This document shows, one piece after another, positions 9,672 to 18,214 of a stretch of DNA of 45,117 nucleotides. A model generated the notes under the pieces. That model saw only the letters and a program-made list of their open reading frames with translations. It had not been told where the DNA came from and did no database searches. This DNA is from an uncultured Pseudomonadota bacterium. GTDB lineage: Bacteria; BMS3Abin14. The translations under genes and the position numbers were made by a program. The first letter of the stretch is position 1. Each line of letters begins with the position of its first letter. The DNA is taken from contig CAYVSA010000009.1 of assembly GCA_964454175.1 (NCBI GenBank), positions 1-45,117 of the forward strand. The letters run 5' to 3'.

Positions 9672-9732
9672 ATACGGTCCAGCTTGTCTTTGCGGGCTGA
9701 AAGTTCAGAGGCGCTCGCTTTGCCGGGATGGC

Positions 9733-10275
9733 TCAGGGTGACATTCTGAAGCTCTTGCTGACAAACTCAAACAGGCTCCTGTATCTTAAAAAACGGTCTG
9801 ATTCAGCTGTGTTAGTAATAACGTATGCCTGGTTTCCCTTCATGTAGACTACCGCGAGACCCCGTATGTAGTACTTACCCTGACGGTGTGTGTACAGGAC
9901 CCACGCCGCTTCTCCAGACCCAGTCTGCCACCTGCCGGTATCCTCCTTCTCGAAAATGGTCAGCACACGCGCCATGTTCTGAATGCTGATCTTCATGTAT
10001 TCGTCCATGCTCATGAATCGCGGCAGCGTTTCCCTGACGACGTTAACATTCTCTCTGAACTCGTCCATGCTGTTGTCCAGGGGGCCAATAGCGATGACGG
10101 CGGTACCCATGTAGTTCTCCCTGATCTGCCATATTGAGGGGAGGTCTATGGAAAATTTGTACCGGGCGCTCTCGTAATGCGTCATCATCGGCGGCCCGGC
10201 GAAGGCGGGCGCAGCCGTTATTAACAGTGCCGCAAAGAAAAAGGCTGGCCAGCGTGCACGCTTAGTGATCTTCAT
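9733..10275 (-). CDS. Secreted PsbP/DcrB-like protein
   Basis: Signal peptide MKITKR...AFA; FSIDLP..W, F.ENVNVV, AYVIT, C-terminal KSFR; AGGAGG RBS. Confidence 0.7.
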   Translation of the reverse strand: MKITKRARWPAFFFAALLITAAPAFAGPPMMTHYESARYKFSIDLPSIWQIRENYMGTAVIAIGPLDNSMDEFRENVNVVRETLPRFMSMDEYMKISIQNMARVLTIFEKEDTGRWQTGSGEAAWVLYTHRQGKYYIRGLAVVYMKGNQAYVITNTAESDRFLRYRSLFEFVSKSFRMSP

Positions 10276-10312
10276 CTCATCCTCCTGGTACCTGTATCCT
10301 TTTAGTTGGCAG

Positions 10313-11095
10313 TCAGGTCCTGATCTCATCCCCTCTGATCCGGCTTGCGAGGGTGAGGTAACCAATGGTATCCGGGTCGTGCCCCAGCAAACGAGATCCC
10401 TCCCGGTCCACTTCAATAACATCGGTGCCTGCGAGCAGCATGCCCAGGGGCGGTTCGGGGACAGTACCGCTAAGGTGCCCCCCCTTTGCGCCCTGTCGGG
10501 CATCCACTACGGTCAGGTGGGGTTCCAGGTAGAGGATCAGGTCGGCGATCATCCTGTTTTCATCTCCGTTATGAACCTGGGACTTCTTATAGCTCCAGTA
10601 TCCTCCGTAATGATCTGCATGCAGGCATCCAACCATGTTCTTGAGCCCGAGCGTAACCCCGGTAATAGTGTGGTCCTTGGCCGGCGGCACTGAAACCAGG
10701 GCGGCACCCTCAAGACATGCCGGGAGGTACACCCGGGTGAAAACTGACGCCCTCTCATCCGAGTAGACTGCGACAGGCTGTGCGTCCAGGTCCACAAGTG
10801 GGACCCCGATCTTCCTGTAACCGTTTCTGTCCATGTTGGTCATCGTATTTCCTTCGCCGGAGCCCTCGGCTACGAGTATCTCGGCATCCAGCCTTTCATC
10901 AAGATATTGAACAAGTGCCGCAACGCACCTGGCATCCGTGGTTATGGGCGGCGGGCTGCTGTTAACAATATTAGGCTTGATTATGATCCTGGAAAACCCG
11001 GAAAGGGCTTCGACAGCGCCGGCTCTGTCCAGGGCGGCGTTCATCGCTGAGGGAAACTCATCGGCTGAGGTTATGGGTACTGATGCGACGGCCAT
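10313..11095 (-). CDS. DUF362 domain protein
   Basis: IIIKPN, TTD, VAEG, K.H..TGVTLGLKNMVG, VVDA, D...VD motifs. Confidence 0.85.
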   Translation of the reverse strand: MAVASVPITSADEFPSAMNAALDRAGAVEALSGFSRIIIKPNIVNSSPPPITTDARCVAALVQYLDERLDAEILVAEGSGEGNTMTNMDRNGYRKIGVPLVDLDAQPVAVYSDERASVFTRVYLPACLEGAALVSVPPAKDHTITGVTLGLKNMVGCLHADHYGGYWSYKKSQVHNGDENRMIADLILYLEPHLTVVDARQGAKGGHLSGTVPEPPLGMLLAGTDVIEVDREGSRLLGHDPDTIGYLTLASRIRGDEIRT

Positions 11096-11102
11096 GGTTA
11101 AC

Positions 11103-11300
11103 AGTTTCAGGTTTCAGGTGGAAAGTTTCAAGGGGAAAATAACCCGTGTGTTTTCACCACAGAGTCACAGAGGTCACTGAGAAGGGCCTGGGGCTTGGGT
11201 TTCATCTAAAGAGATAAGAGCTTTTAACGCAGTGCAGTCACTTACAGGCTGCTCCGCAGGGAGGGCTAGTCAGCCCCTAGCGCAGGGGGCCGCAGGGAAA
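11103..11300. repeat. Cluster of short-period repeats and small hairpins
   Basis: (A/G)GTTTCA heptamers at 11103-11130; CACAGAG/CACTGAG at 11158, 11166 and 11175; CGCAG(T/G)G at 11228, 11255, 11281 and 11291. Confidence 0.6.
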
Positions 11301-11444
11301 ACTCCTTTTCTTTTGGATTGCTGGAAAATAGAAATCAGAAACTGGGTCGAAAACTGGGCAGGCTAGCCAGCCAGGGTCTTAGAAAGACACAGAATCAGGA
11401 TTTGGTTTTTAGGATAAAGGCTTGCATCGTAATATATTCTTAAT

Positions 11445-11506
11445 TATCAACTTGACATATATTGATAGTTAGTGTTAGATATCTATCAATATGAAAGTAA
11501 TTGATA
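11445..11506 (+). promoter_or_regulatory. Two palindromic operators TATCAA-N11-TTGATA overlapping the fic promoter
   Basis: Copies at 11445-11467 and 11484-11506; a TTGACA (11452-11457) lies inside the first. Confidence 0.7.
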
Positions 11507-11511
11507 GGTAG

Positions 11512-12885
11512 GTGATACTTATGAAAATTCCGGAAAAACCACCGGCTTGGTTGAAAGAATTTAGCAGTATGCTTCCCAAATCAATGGAATTTTTTGCAAC
11601 CTTAAAAGGTAGAAAACTGCTTGCGGAAATAAACGATGAATATCTTCATTGGGAAAAAGTTAAATACAAGAAAATTCCTGAATACATCAACCCAAAACAA
11701 CTGTGGGCACTGGTTAAAGCAACAAGGCTGCAGAATCAGCGGCCTTTCCCCTTGGAAAGCACTTCAGGCAAAGGGTTCAGCTATGGCCTTCCTGACTCTG
11801 TACACCGCGAACTTCACCTTTGCGACAGATTTGCCGGCGGTTACCTTGGCCTGGATACCGCAGAACTGCCTGGCGATGCTAAGCACCGCTATCTGGTGAG
11901 TTCGTTGATGGAGGAGGCAATTGCATCAAGCCAGATTGAGGGCGCTGCAACTACACGGAGGGTTGCCAAAGAAATGCTCAGAACAGGAAGGAAGCCAAGG
12001 GACCGGGCTGAGCAGATGATTCTTAACAACTACAGAACCATACAGAGAATTAAGGATTTGGCTAATGAACCTCTCACAATTGAACTACTCAATGACCTGC
12101 AGGAAACAATGACTGAAAGAACTCTGGATGAGCCATCAAGTGCAGGGAGGTTCAGATTGCAGGAAGAGGAGATTCATATAGTGGACATTGATGATGGAAA
12201 GTCTCTTCATGTTCCTCCGCCGGCTGAAGAGCTTGAGGGAAGAGTACAGTTGATGTGTGATTTTGCCAACCAGGAGGACGGGCCGGAATTTGTTCATCCA
12301 ATCATTAAAGCTGTAATTCTACATTTCTGGTTAGCTTACGACCATCCTTATGTGGATGGTAATGGGAGAACAGCCAGAGCTTTATTCTACTGGTACGCAA
12401 TATCCAGAGGTTACAATGTAATGGAGTACTTATCTATTTCCAGGATCATCATAAAATCACGGAGGAGCTATTATCGCTCCTTCCTGTACGCTGAAGGAGA
12501 CGGCCTGGATGCTACATATTTCATTGTCTATCACTTAACGGCACTCAATCATGCCGTTGAGGAACTCCGCCGCTATTTGGATCGGAAACAGAAAGAATAC
12601 AGGGATTCGCTGATTCTTCTGCGAAACTGGAGTGGGCTGAACTACCGCCAACAGACACTAATCAGGCATGCATTAAAAAATCCATTTGCGACATATACCA
12701 TCCAGTCTCATCGGAACTCACACAATGTAGCATACGGAACAGCACGAAGCGACATGATGGCGGTTGTTGATCTTGGGTTATTGCATGAAACCAAAGTGGG
12801 AAAGCAGATGGTATATCATGTGCCGGACGACCTGCCGGACAAAATAGCTGAGGGGATGCAACCAGGTAATGCCATTACTCCATAA
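11512..12885 (+). CDS. Fic-domain protein with an N-terminal autoinhibitory motif and a C-terminal HTH-like domain
   Basis: HPYVDGNGRTAR Fic motif; SSQIEG matches (S/T)xxxE(G/N); C-terminal TARSDM....LGLL wHTH-like segment. Start may be the ATG at 11521. Confidence 0.92.
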   Translation: MILMKIPEKPPAWLKEFSSMLPKSMEFFATLKGRKLLAEINDEYLHWEKVKYKKIPEYINPKQLWALVKATRLQNQRPFPLESTSGKGFSYGLPDSVHRELHLCDRFAGGYLGLDTAELPGDAKHRYLVSSLMEEAIASSQIEGAATTRRVAKEMLRTGRKPRDRAEQMILNNYRTIQRIKDLANEPLTIELLNDLQETMTERTLDEPSSAGRFRLQEEEIHIVDIDDGKSLHVPPPAEELEGRVQLMCDFANQEDGPEFVHPIIKAVILHFWLAYDHPYVDGNGRTARALFYWYAISRGYNVMEYLSISRIIIKSRRSYYRSFLYAEGDGLDATYFIVYHLTALNHAVEELRRYLDRKQKEYRDSLILLRNWSGLNYRQQTLIRHALKNPFATYTIQSHRNSHNVAYGTARSDMMAVVDLGLLHETKVGKQMVYHVPDDLPDKIAEGMQPGNAITP

Positions 12886-13119
12886 ATAGGTTGCACACCT
12901 CCTGGAATCTTTCCCCGAACCGGCTATTGCACCATCAACCTTTTATATTTTAAAACCTGGGGAAGGAGTGGTCCCCGGTCATACCAAAGTGCTCTGACAC
13001 CCCCTTAATGTTGAGAGAAGAAAGAGGTTAAACAGCTTCGCGGATGTTTAAATTTGAAACCTCTGGGGACAGCTTCGGTTTCCGCTTTCCTGAATAAAGA
13101 TGATCCCTGATCCTCTTCC

Positions 13120-14421
13120 CTAAAGCTTCCTGTGCTGCTTTCCAATACTGCCAATGCGGTTCTTCGGGACGCCTGCCTCCCTGGCGATTTTCGGCCATTG
13201 GGCTACTGAATCAACGACCTGTTCGATGATTTTATCAGGTTTGTTAACGCCCACCTCATTGGCAACAGCCAGGAGGTCATCTTTAATAAAATCAGCACGT
13301 TTTCCGTTAACGGACATCTGGTGCATGCTGGTCCACTGCCCCCCTGGATTATGCGCGTAAATTACATCAAAGGCTGGCGACAGGCTCCACTTCCCTTCCC
13401 TGTCCATAAGAAACGCAATGTTTTTGGTGTGGTCATCCTGGTTGCGGGACAGGACATTAAAGACCATTCGCCTGAAAAGCTGTTCTGTGTCCTGGTATGA
13501 CAAACGTAGCTGGCGCATTACCTGAAAAGCTTGCTCGTAGGCATATTCCCCCGGGGCATTGTAATCGAAGTGGGCTATCCCACAAAGTGACTGCAAATGT
13601 AATTTTCCACGATCATGTGTGCGGTCAAAGCGTCTGGTCATGAAATGGGCTCGGCCGTTTTCCTTGTAAATACGACACTCTGTCATTATTATTCCGGCGG
13701 CGGCGGCCATTTTATGGTAGGCGTATTCAATTAGTCCATAGCCCTCCGGATCACCCAGGCTCTCATCTTTGACGCCGTCGAACTTGAGAATCCAGTAATC
13801 AAATCCCCTTGGGGCCTCAACCTGGCCGGAACGAATCTCTTTGGTATTGTCGTTAAGGGCTATAATTGCTTTAGGCCGTGCACCACCGGCGGAAGTCCCG
13901 ACCCGGAATATATCGAGTATGGCCTCGTCATCATCAAGTGAGGTCAACAGGCTGGATCTTTCGTGAAGTATTTTCCCTGCCAGTTCCACCAACTCGCTCA
14001 CTTCAACAGGAACCGACTCATCCACTCCCGAGTCGATAGCAGGCTCAAATTCGAGTGCCCCCATGCCGCGGGTTCCCGTATAGCAGAGCCTCTCCACGGG
14101 ACTGAAATCCTCAGCTGTGCGCCCCTGCCTTACCAGCCACGTATCGATGACCCTGTTGCCGAACCTGTCTGGCAATGAATCAGCCAACAGCCCTGGAAGC
14201 CCCATGAACGTCTCTCTGGTCAATGTCCTGAACTCGAAGAGAGTGTTTCCGGCCTGAGCCTCATGGAGGGGCATCATCCGTGGCGAAAGATCCAGGCCTT
14301 TATTCAGAAACCGCGGTTCGTATTCGAATGTGGCAAAGCCCCGGGACCGGTCCCATGAAACAGCGCCCACAATATCACCCCAGATCCTGATTAACGCGGT
14401 ATCGGTGCCTGTTGCCGCCAT
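13120..14421 (-). CDS. hipA: HipA-family toxin kinase
   Basis: N-terminal HipA-coupled domain; GTSAGGARPK, RFDR, NQDDHTKN, LSPAFD. Confidence 0.92.
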   Translation of the reverse strand: MAATGTDTALIRIWGDIVGAVSWDRSRGFATFEYEPRFLNKGLDLSPRMMPLHEAQAGNTLFEFRTLTRETFMGLPGLLADSLPDRFGNRVIDTWLVRQGRTAEDFSPVERLCYTGTRGMGALEFEPAIDSGVDESVPVEVSELVELAGKILHERSSLLTSLDDDEAILDIFRVGTSAGGARPKAIIALNDNTKEIRSGQVEAPRGFDYWILKFDGVKDESLGDPEGYGLIEYAYHKMAAAAGIIMTECRIYKENGRAHFMTRRFDRTHDRGKLHLQSLCGIAHFDYNAPGEYAYEQAFQVMRQLRLSYQDTEQLFRRMVFNVLSRNQDDHTKNIAFLMDREGKWSLSPAFDVIYAHNPGGQWTSMHQMSVNGKRADFIKDDLLAVANEVGVNKPDKIIEQVVDSVAQWPKIAREAGVPKNRIGSIGKQHRKL

Positions 14422-14430
14422 CTAACCCAC

Positions 14431-14748
14431 CTATTGGTCCGCTTTCTTCCTCTTTCCAGAGGCACGCATTCTGGCCTTGCCCTTCATACGCACCATCTGC
14501 AGGGGGCTTATTTCCGGTTCTGGCAGGAAATGGTCAAGATCATCAAGGGAATCCAGTGCCCTTAGAGTGCGAATGAAGTTGTGAAGGGTTGAAGATCCTG
14601 TACCTTCCATATCACTAATTGTGTTCCTGCTAAGGCCAGCTCTTTTTGCCAACTCCTGCTGAGAAAGATTCTTGCGGAGCCTTTTTCTTTTTAAACGCAT
14701 GCCGATCTCGGCCAGGATTCCTTTATCACTCATGCCGTAATAGTCCAT
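14431..14748 (-). CDS. XRE-family HTH protein, HipB-like antitoxin
   Basis: R.RKNLSQQELAKRAGLSRNTISDME; ends 9 bp upstream of the hipA start. Confidence 0.85.
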   Translation of the reverse strand: MDYYGMSDKGILAEIGMRLKRKRLRKNLSQQELAKRAGLSRNTISDMEGTGSSTLHNFIRTLRALDSLDDLDHFLPEPEISPLQMVRMKGKARMRASGKRKKADQ

Positions 14749-14809
14749 AATGTGTGCCTTTCTGTGCAGAAAGCTTGGAAATAAAGTTAATGCATGTATT
14801 TATGTGCAA

Positions 14810-14838
14810 ATCATAACGCCTTAATGGGTAGTTGTCAA
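14810..14838 (-). promoter_or_regulatory. Sigma70 promoter of the hipBA operon
   Basis: Minus strand reads TTGACA-17bp-TATGAT. Confidence 0.7.
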
Positions 14839-14935
14839 ACGGTAAATTTTTATTGCATATATAAATGGTCAATAAGTACCTTATATAACCTTGCTGCATA
14901 AATTATTGGGTATAATATAAGGATAAAATCGGCAA

Positions 14936-17900
14936 TCATGCCAGAGGCAAATACACTCCGAGGTCCACGAAATAAAATCCCTTCTCCTTTACGCGGAATC
15001 CGGTAATAGATTCCCAGCTCTCAGAATACAATTCGATCTGCGGGCGGTAATGCTGGATAAGCTTTTCCGCGTCTTCAGCCTTCTTCCCGCCAGTTTTGTA
15101 GTCCACAATCACCCAGCCGTCATGCTCTCTGAAGGCAAGGTCGATCGTCCCTGTGCACAGCGAAAACATGCCGTGTGGTTCGGCCTGTTCCAGTCCTTCC
15201 CGGAGAGCGAAGGGAACTTCCACGAGCCATTTATCGGATGCAGCAGCCCGTTTCCAGATCGATGAATCCATAACCTGTCTGACCAACATCACTGCCTCGG
15301 GGGCAAGGCTCCCGTCCAGGCCATTATCACGAAGGGCTGTTTCTGCCAGAGATGCCAGGTCAAAGCCGGTATCGACAGCCGCTGCCTGAAGCAGGCTGTG
15401 AACAACGTTTCCCCATCCCGGCCCCATGCCGCCGGAGATCGGGCCGTTACCGCCTTCCCATTCTTTCAGGAGGCCTGTTGCAGTGACCTTTTTGTAGGAC
15501 GGCTCAAGGGCCGACTCCCATTTCCGGGCAATGGCCGCGTTCGCCCTTGCTGCCTCATCTGGAGACAGGTCCTCGGCGGCCCTGTCCGGCGCAGAAGATA
15601 CCGGCCCGGGATCAGCCAGCGAAGGGGCATCCTCCAGGTGCCCGGTGAAAAAAGACCAGTAATTCCTGTCACTGCCGCTGGGGCGCTGCGTAATTATCAG
15701 TCTGGTTCCTGCCCTGGTAGCCGCAACGTACATCAATCGAAGCTCCTCGGCATCGGTAAAAGAATGTTCGAGGGGCGCCAGTGTATCGTCCCATCCCGGG
15801 GCCTGGGCAAGGCGCAGCGGGTCTGCGAAGCCTTCCTTCAGTTCATTGACGGCCATATACCCCTTCGCCGCTCCGGTGGACCTGTCAATATGATGCTCTA
15901 CCGGAAACCGCCGTCTTCCAGTGGGATCTGCCAGGAATACTACCGGTGCCTGCAGGCCCTTTACCTTGTGAAGGTTCATTACTCTGACAACGTCCCTGGC
16001 CGGCGGGAGGGATGACACAGAGTCATGTTTTTCCCTGCTGGTGACGATCCTGCCCAGGTAGTCTATAACGCTCATGCTGGTAACGAGTTCAGGCCGCTTT
16101 GATCTGAGAAGTTCAATGGCCTTGCCGATGCTGCCGGAAGCAGTGTCACCTCCTGGCTGAGAGGCAGCCGATGCAAAAAGGCCCAGGTCTGCGGCAACTT
16201 TTTCCACTGCGGCGACGGGAGGGAACTCGTCAAGCCACCCGGCATATTTCCAGAGGAGAGAAAATGACTGGGCAAGGTTTTTCCTCTCTTCACCTGACAG
16301 GCCGTCGGGGATCGAAAAGGGTGCACTGAACTCACCTCCGGCCCTCCTGAAGCGGTAAAGAGTGTCATCGCTTGTCCCGAAAAGAGGGCTTCGAAGTGCG
16401 GCCGCAACAGCCACAGGGCTGTGGGGCTGGCTGGCCGCCAACAGACATGTGTGGAGCAGGTAAAGCTCGGCAGTTTCATTCATGGCGCTGCCCCCGGTGA
16501 CAGAGTGGGGTACGTCCAGGGCCTGGAGGGCTTCAGCGTAATCAGACAGGTGGGTCGTATTCCTGGTGATAATCAGAAAATCAGACGGCCGGGCATCAGA
16601 AAAAGAACCGTCAGGGGCGTACACACTTTGTCCAGTATCGATAGCGGATCTAATTGTACGGGCGATGAGTTCGGAATCGTGCCGGACGCATTCCTCCCCG
16701 GTTTTACAGGTCTCAGGGAGCCTGAGAGCCATTACACCCTCCGGGGCGGCCTTCACTTCTCCCGGATGGGCAGCCTGCAGCGGGACATATCCGGGTGAGA
16801 CCCTGGTCGCTTTTTCAGGGAATACCTCTGAAAAAACCTGGTTGAACCACTGAATGTTACGGGAAGAGGAACGGAAATTTGTATAAAGATTTACACAGAC
16901 GCCACCCGTGGATACGATCAGGTCCCTCACCTCATTATAGACTGAAATGTCGGCCCTTCTGAACCGGTAGATAGACTGCTTGGGGTCTCCCACAACGAAC
17001 AGGGAGCCCGGGTCGGGTGCGCACCGTCTCCAGTCGCGCTCATCCGTGCTGCCGGAAGTGAGCATCATCATCACTTCCGCCTGTACCGGGTCGGTGTCCT
17101 GGAACTCGTCAACCAGCAGGTGGGTGAACCTCTGCCTGAAAAACTCCCTGATCTCGGGATTTTCTCTCAGAAGGGCCGCGGCACCGGTAAGGAGATCCTG
17201 AAAGTTCAGACCACCTGAGAGCTTCTTGAGTTCGTTAAAGCGCACCACCGCTTTTTGGACGATGGGGATAACAAAACCGTAGCGGTACTCCCGCCACTCA
17301 GTAACCGCGGGCTGTGCAGTCCGGGCGGCAAAGTCGTTCCACCGGTCCAGCTCGGTCAGGGCTAATTCCCTTTTCATGGCACTGGACTCACCGGGCCATT
17401 GTTTCTGTACGATCTGGTTTTTTTTAAACGGCCTGATCCCCTCGAGCACTTCAAGAAGCCTGGCCGGCCTTGAGATCTCTTCACCCAGTGTTTCAAGGCG
17501 CTTCGGGATCCTTCGATATTCATACATGAGCCTGTCCCTGCTGTTCCTGGGAGGAGCCGGTATACAAAGAGATCGCATGTGGTCCGCATAGGCCCTTAAT
17601 CTTGAAAGTGCGCTGGAAAAGTCCGGAGGATCGGTTTTACCCGAAGGCCAATCCATGACATCTGCATTCCCGGCGAGATCAAGAAAAGCCCCCTTAAGCT
17701 GTCTGATATTAAGTCCCAGGATGTCCAGATCATCAATGGCTGCGTCCCCTTCCATGAACATCCTGGTCTCGAGGTCCCCCCAGGCCCGGTTCAGCAGGGC
17801 TTCGTTCTCGTCATCTTCAAGTTCTGCAAAGTCAGGGTCAACGCCGGCTTCCACCGGCCGCTCCCGCAGCAGCCGGGCGCAAAAGGAGTGGATGGTGCCG

Positions 17901-18214
17901 ATAAAGCAGCGTTCTACATTGGAGGCGGCCCTGTCCAGCCGTTTGCCGGCTTCGCCTTTGACGAGGGAAGAGCGTCTTTCCAGCTCAAGGTGGAAACGCG
18001 AACGAAGTTCTGCTGCGGCCTTACGGGTAAAGGTTACTGCGGCCATCGAGTCGATCCGGCATCGGCCGGTTTCAAGGAGGGCCACCATACGGGCGATCAT
18101 TGCCGTTGTTTTGCCGGTTCCTGCAGCGGCCTCGACGATCATGCTGGTGTCAAGATCCCCGACGATAGCCTCTCTGGCCTTGTGGTCAGGCAGTGCTGTA
18201 CTTCGCCCGGTCAA
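14936..18214 (-). CDS. addA: AddA-type UvrD helicase/nuclease
   Basis: AAAGTGKT, VTFTRKAA, TIHSFC, DEFQD, VGDPKQSIYRFR, YVAATRA; C-terminal GTIDL...VDYKT nuclease. Confidence 0.9.
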   Translation of the reverse strand: MTGRSTALPDHKAREAIVGDLDTSMIVEAAAGTGKTTAMIARMVALLETGRCRIDSMAAVTFTRKAAAELRSRFHLELERRSSLVKGEAGKRLDRAASNVERCFIGTIHSFCARLLRERPVEAGVDPDFAELEDDENEALLNRAWGDLETRMFMEGDAAIDDLDILGLNIRQLKGAFLDLAGNADVMDWPSGKTDPPDFSSALSRLRAYADHMRSLCIPAPPRNSRDRLMYEYRRIPKRLETLGEEISRPARLLEVLEGIRPFKKNQIVQKQWPGESSAMKRELALTELDRWNDFAARTAQPAVTEWREYRYGFVIPIVQKAVVRFNELKKLSGGLNFQDLLTGAAALLRENPEIREFFRQRFTHLLVDEFQDTDPVQAEVMMMLTSGSTDERDWRRCAPDPGSLFVVGDPKQSIYRFRRADISVYNEVRDLIVSTGGVCVNLYTNFRSSSRNIQWFNQVFSEVFPEKATRVSPGYVPLQAAHPGEVKAAPEGVMALRLPETCKTGEECVRHDSELIARTIRSAIDTGQSVYAPDGSFSDARPSDFLIITRNTTHLSDYAEALQALDVPHSVTGGSAMNETAELYLLHTCLLAASQPHSPVAVAAALRSPLFGTSDDTLYRFRRAGGEFSAPFSIPDGLSGEERKNLAQSFSLLWKYAGWLDEFPPVAAVEKVAADLGLFASAASQPGGDTASGSIGKAIELLRSKRPELVTSMSVIDYLGRIVTSREKHDSVSSLPPARDVVRVMNLHKVKGLQAPVVFLADPTGRRRFPVEHHIDRSTGAAKGYMAVNELKEGFADPLRLAQAPGWDDTLAPLEHSFTDAEELRLMYVAATRAGTRLIITQRPSGSDRNYWSFFTGHLEDAPSLADPGPVSSAPDRAAEDLSPDEAARANAAIARKWESALEPSYKKVTATGLLKEWEGGNGPISGGMGPGWGNVVHSLLQAAAVDTGFDLASLAETALRDNGLDGSLAPEAVMLVRQVMDSSIWKRAAASDKWLVEVPFALREGLEQAEPHGMFSLCTGTIDLAFREHDGWVIVDYKTGGKKAEDAEKLIQHYRPQIELYSESWESITGFRVKEKGFYFVDLGVYLPLA

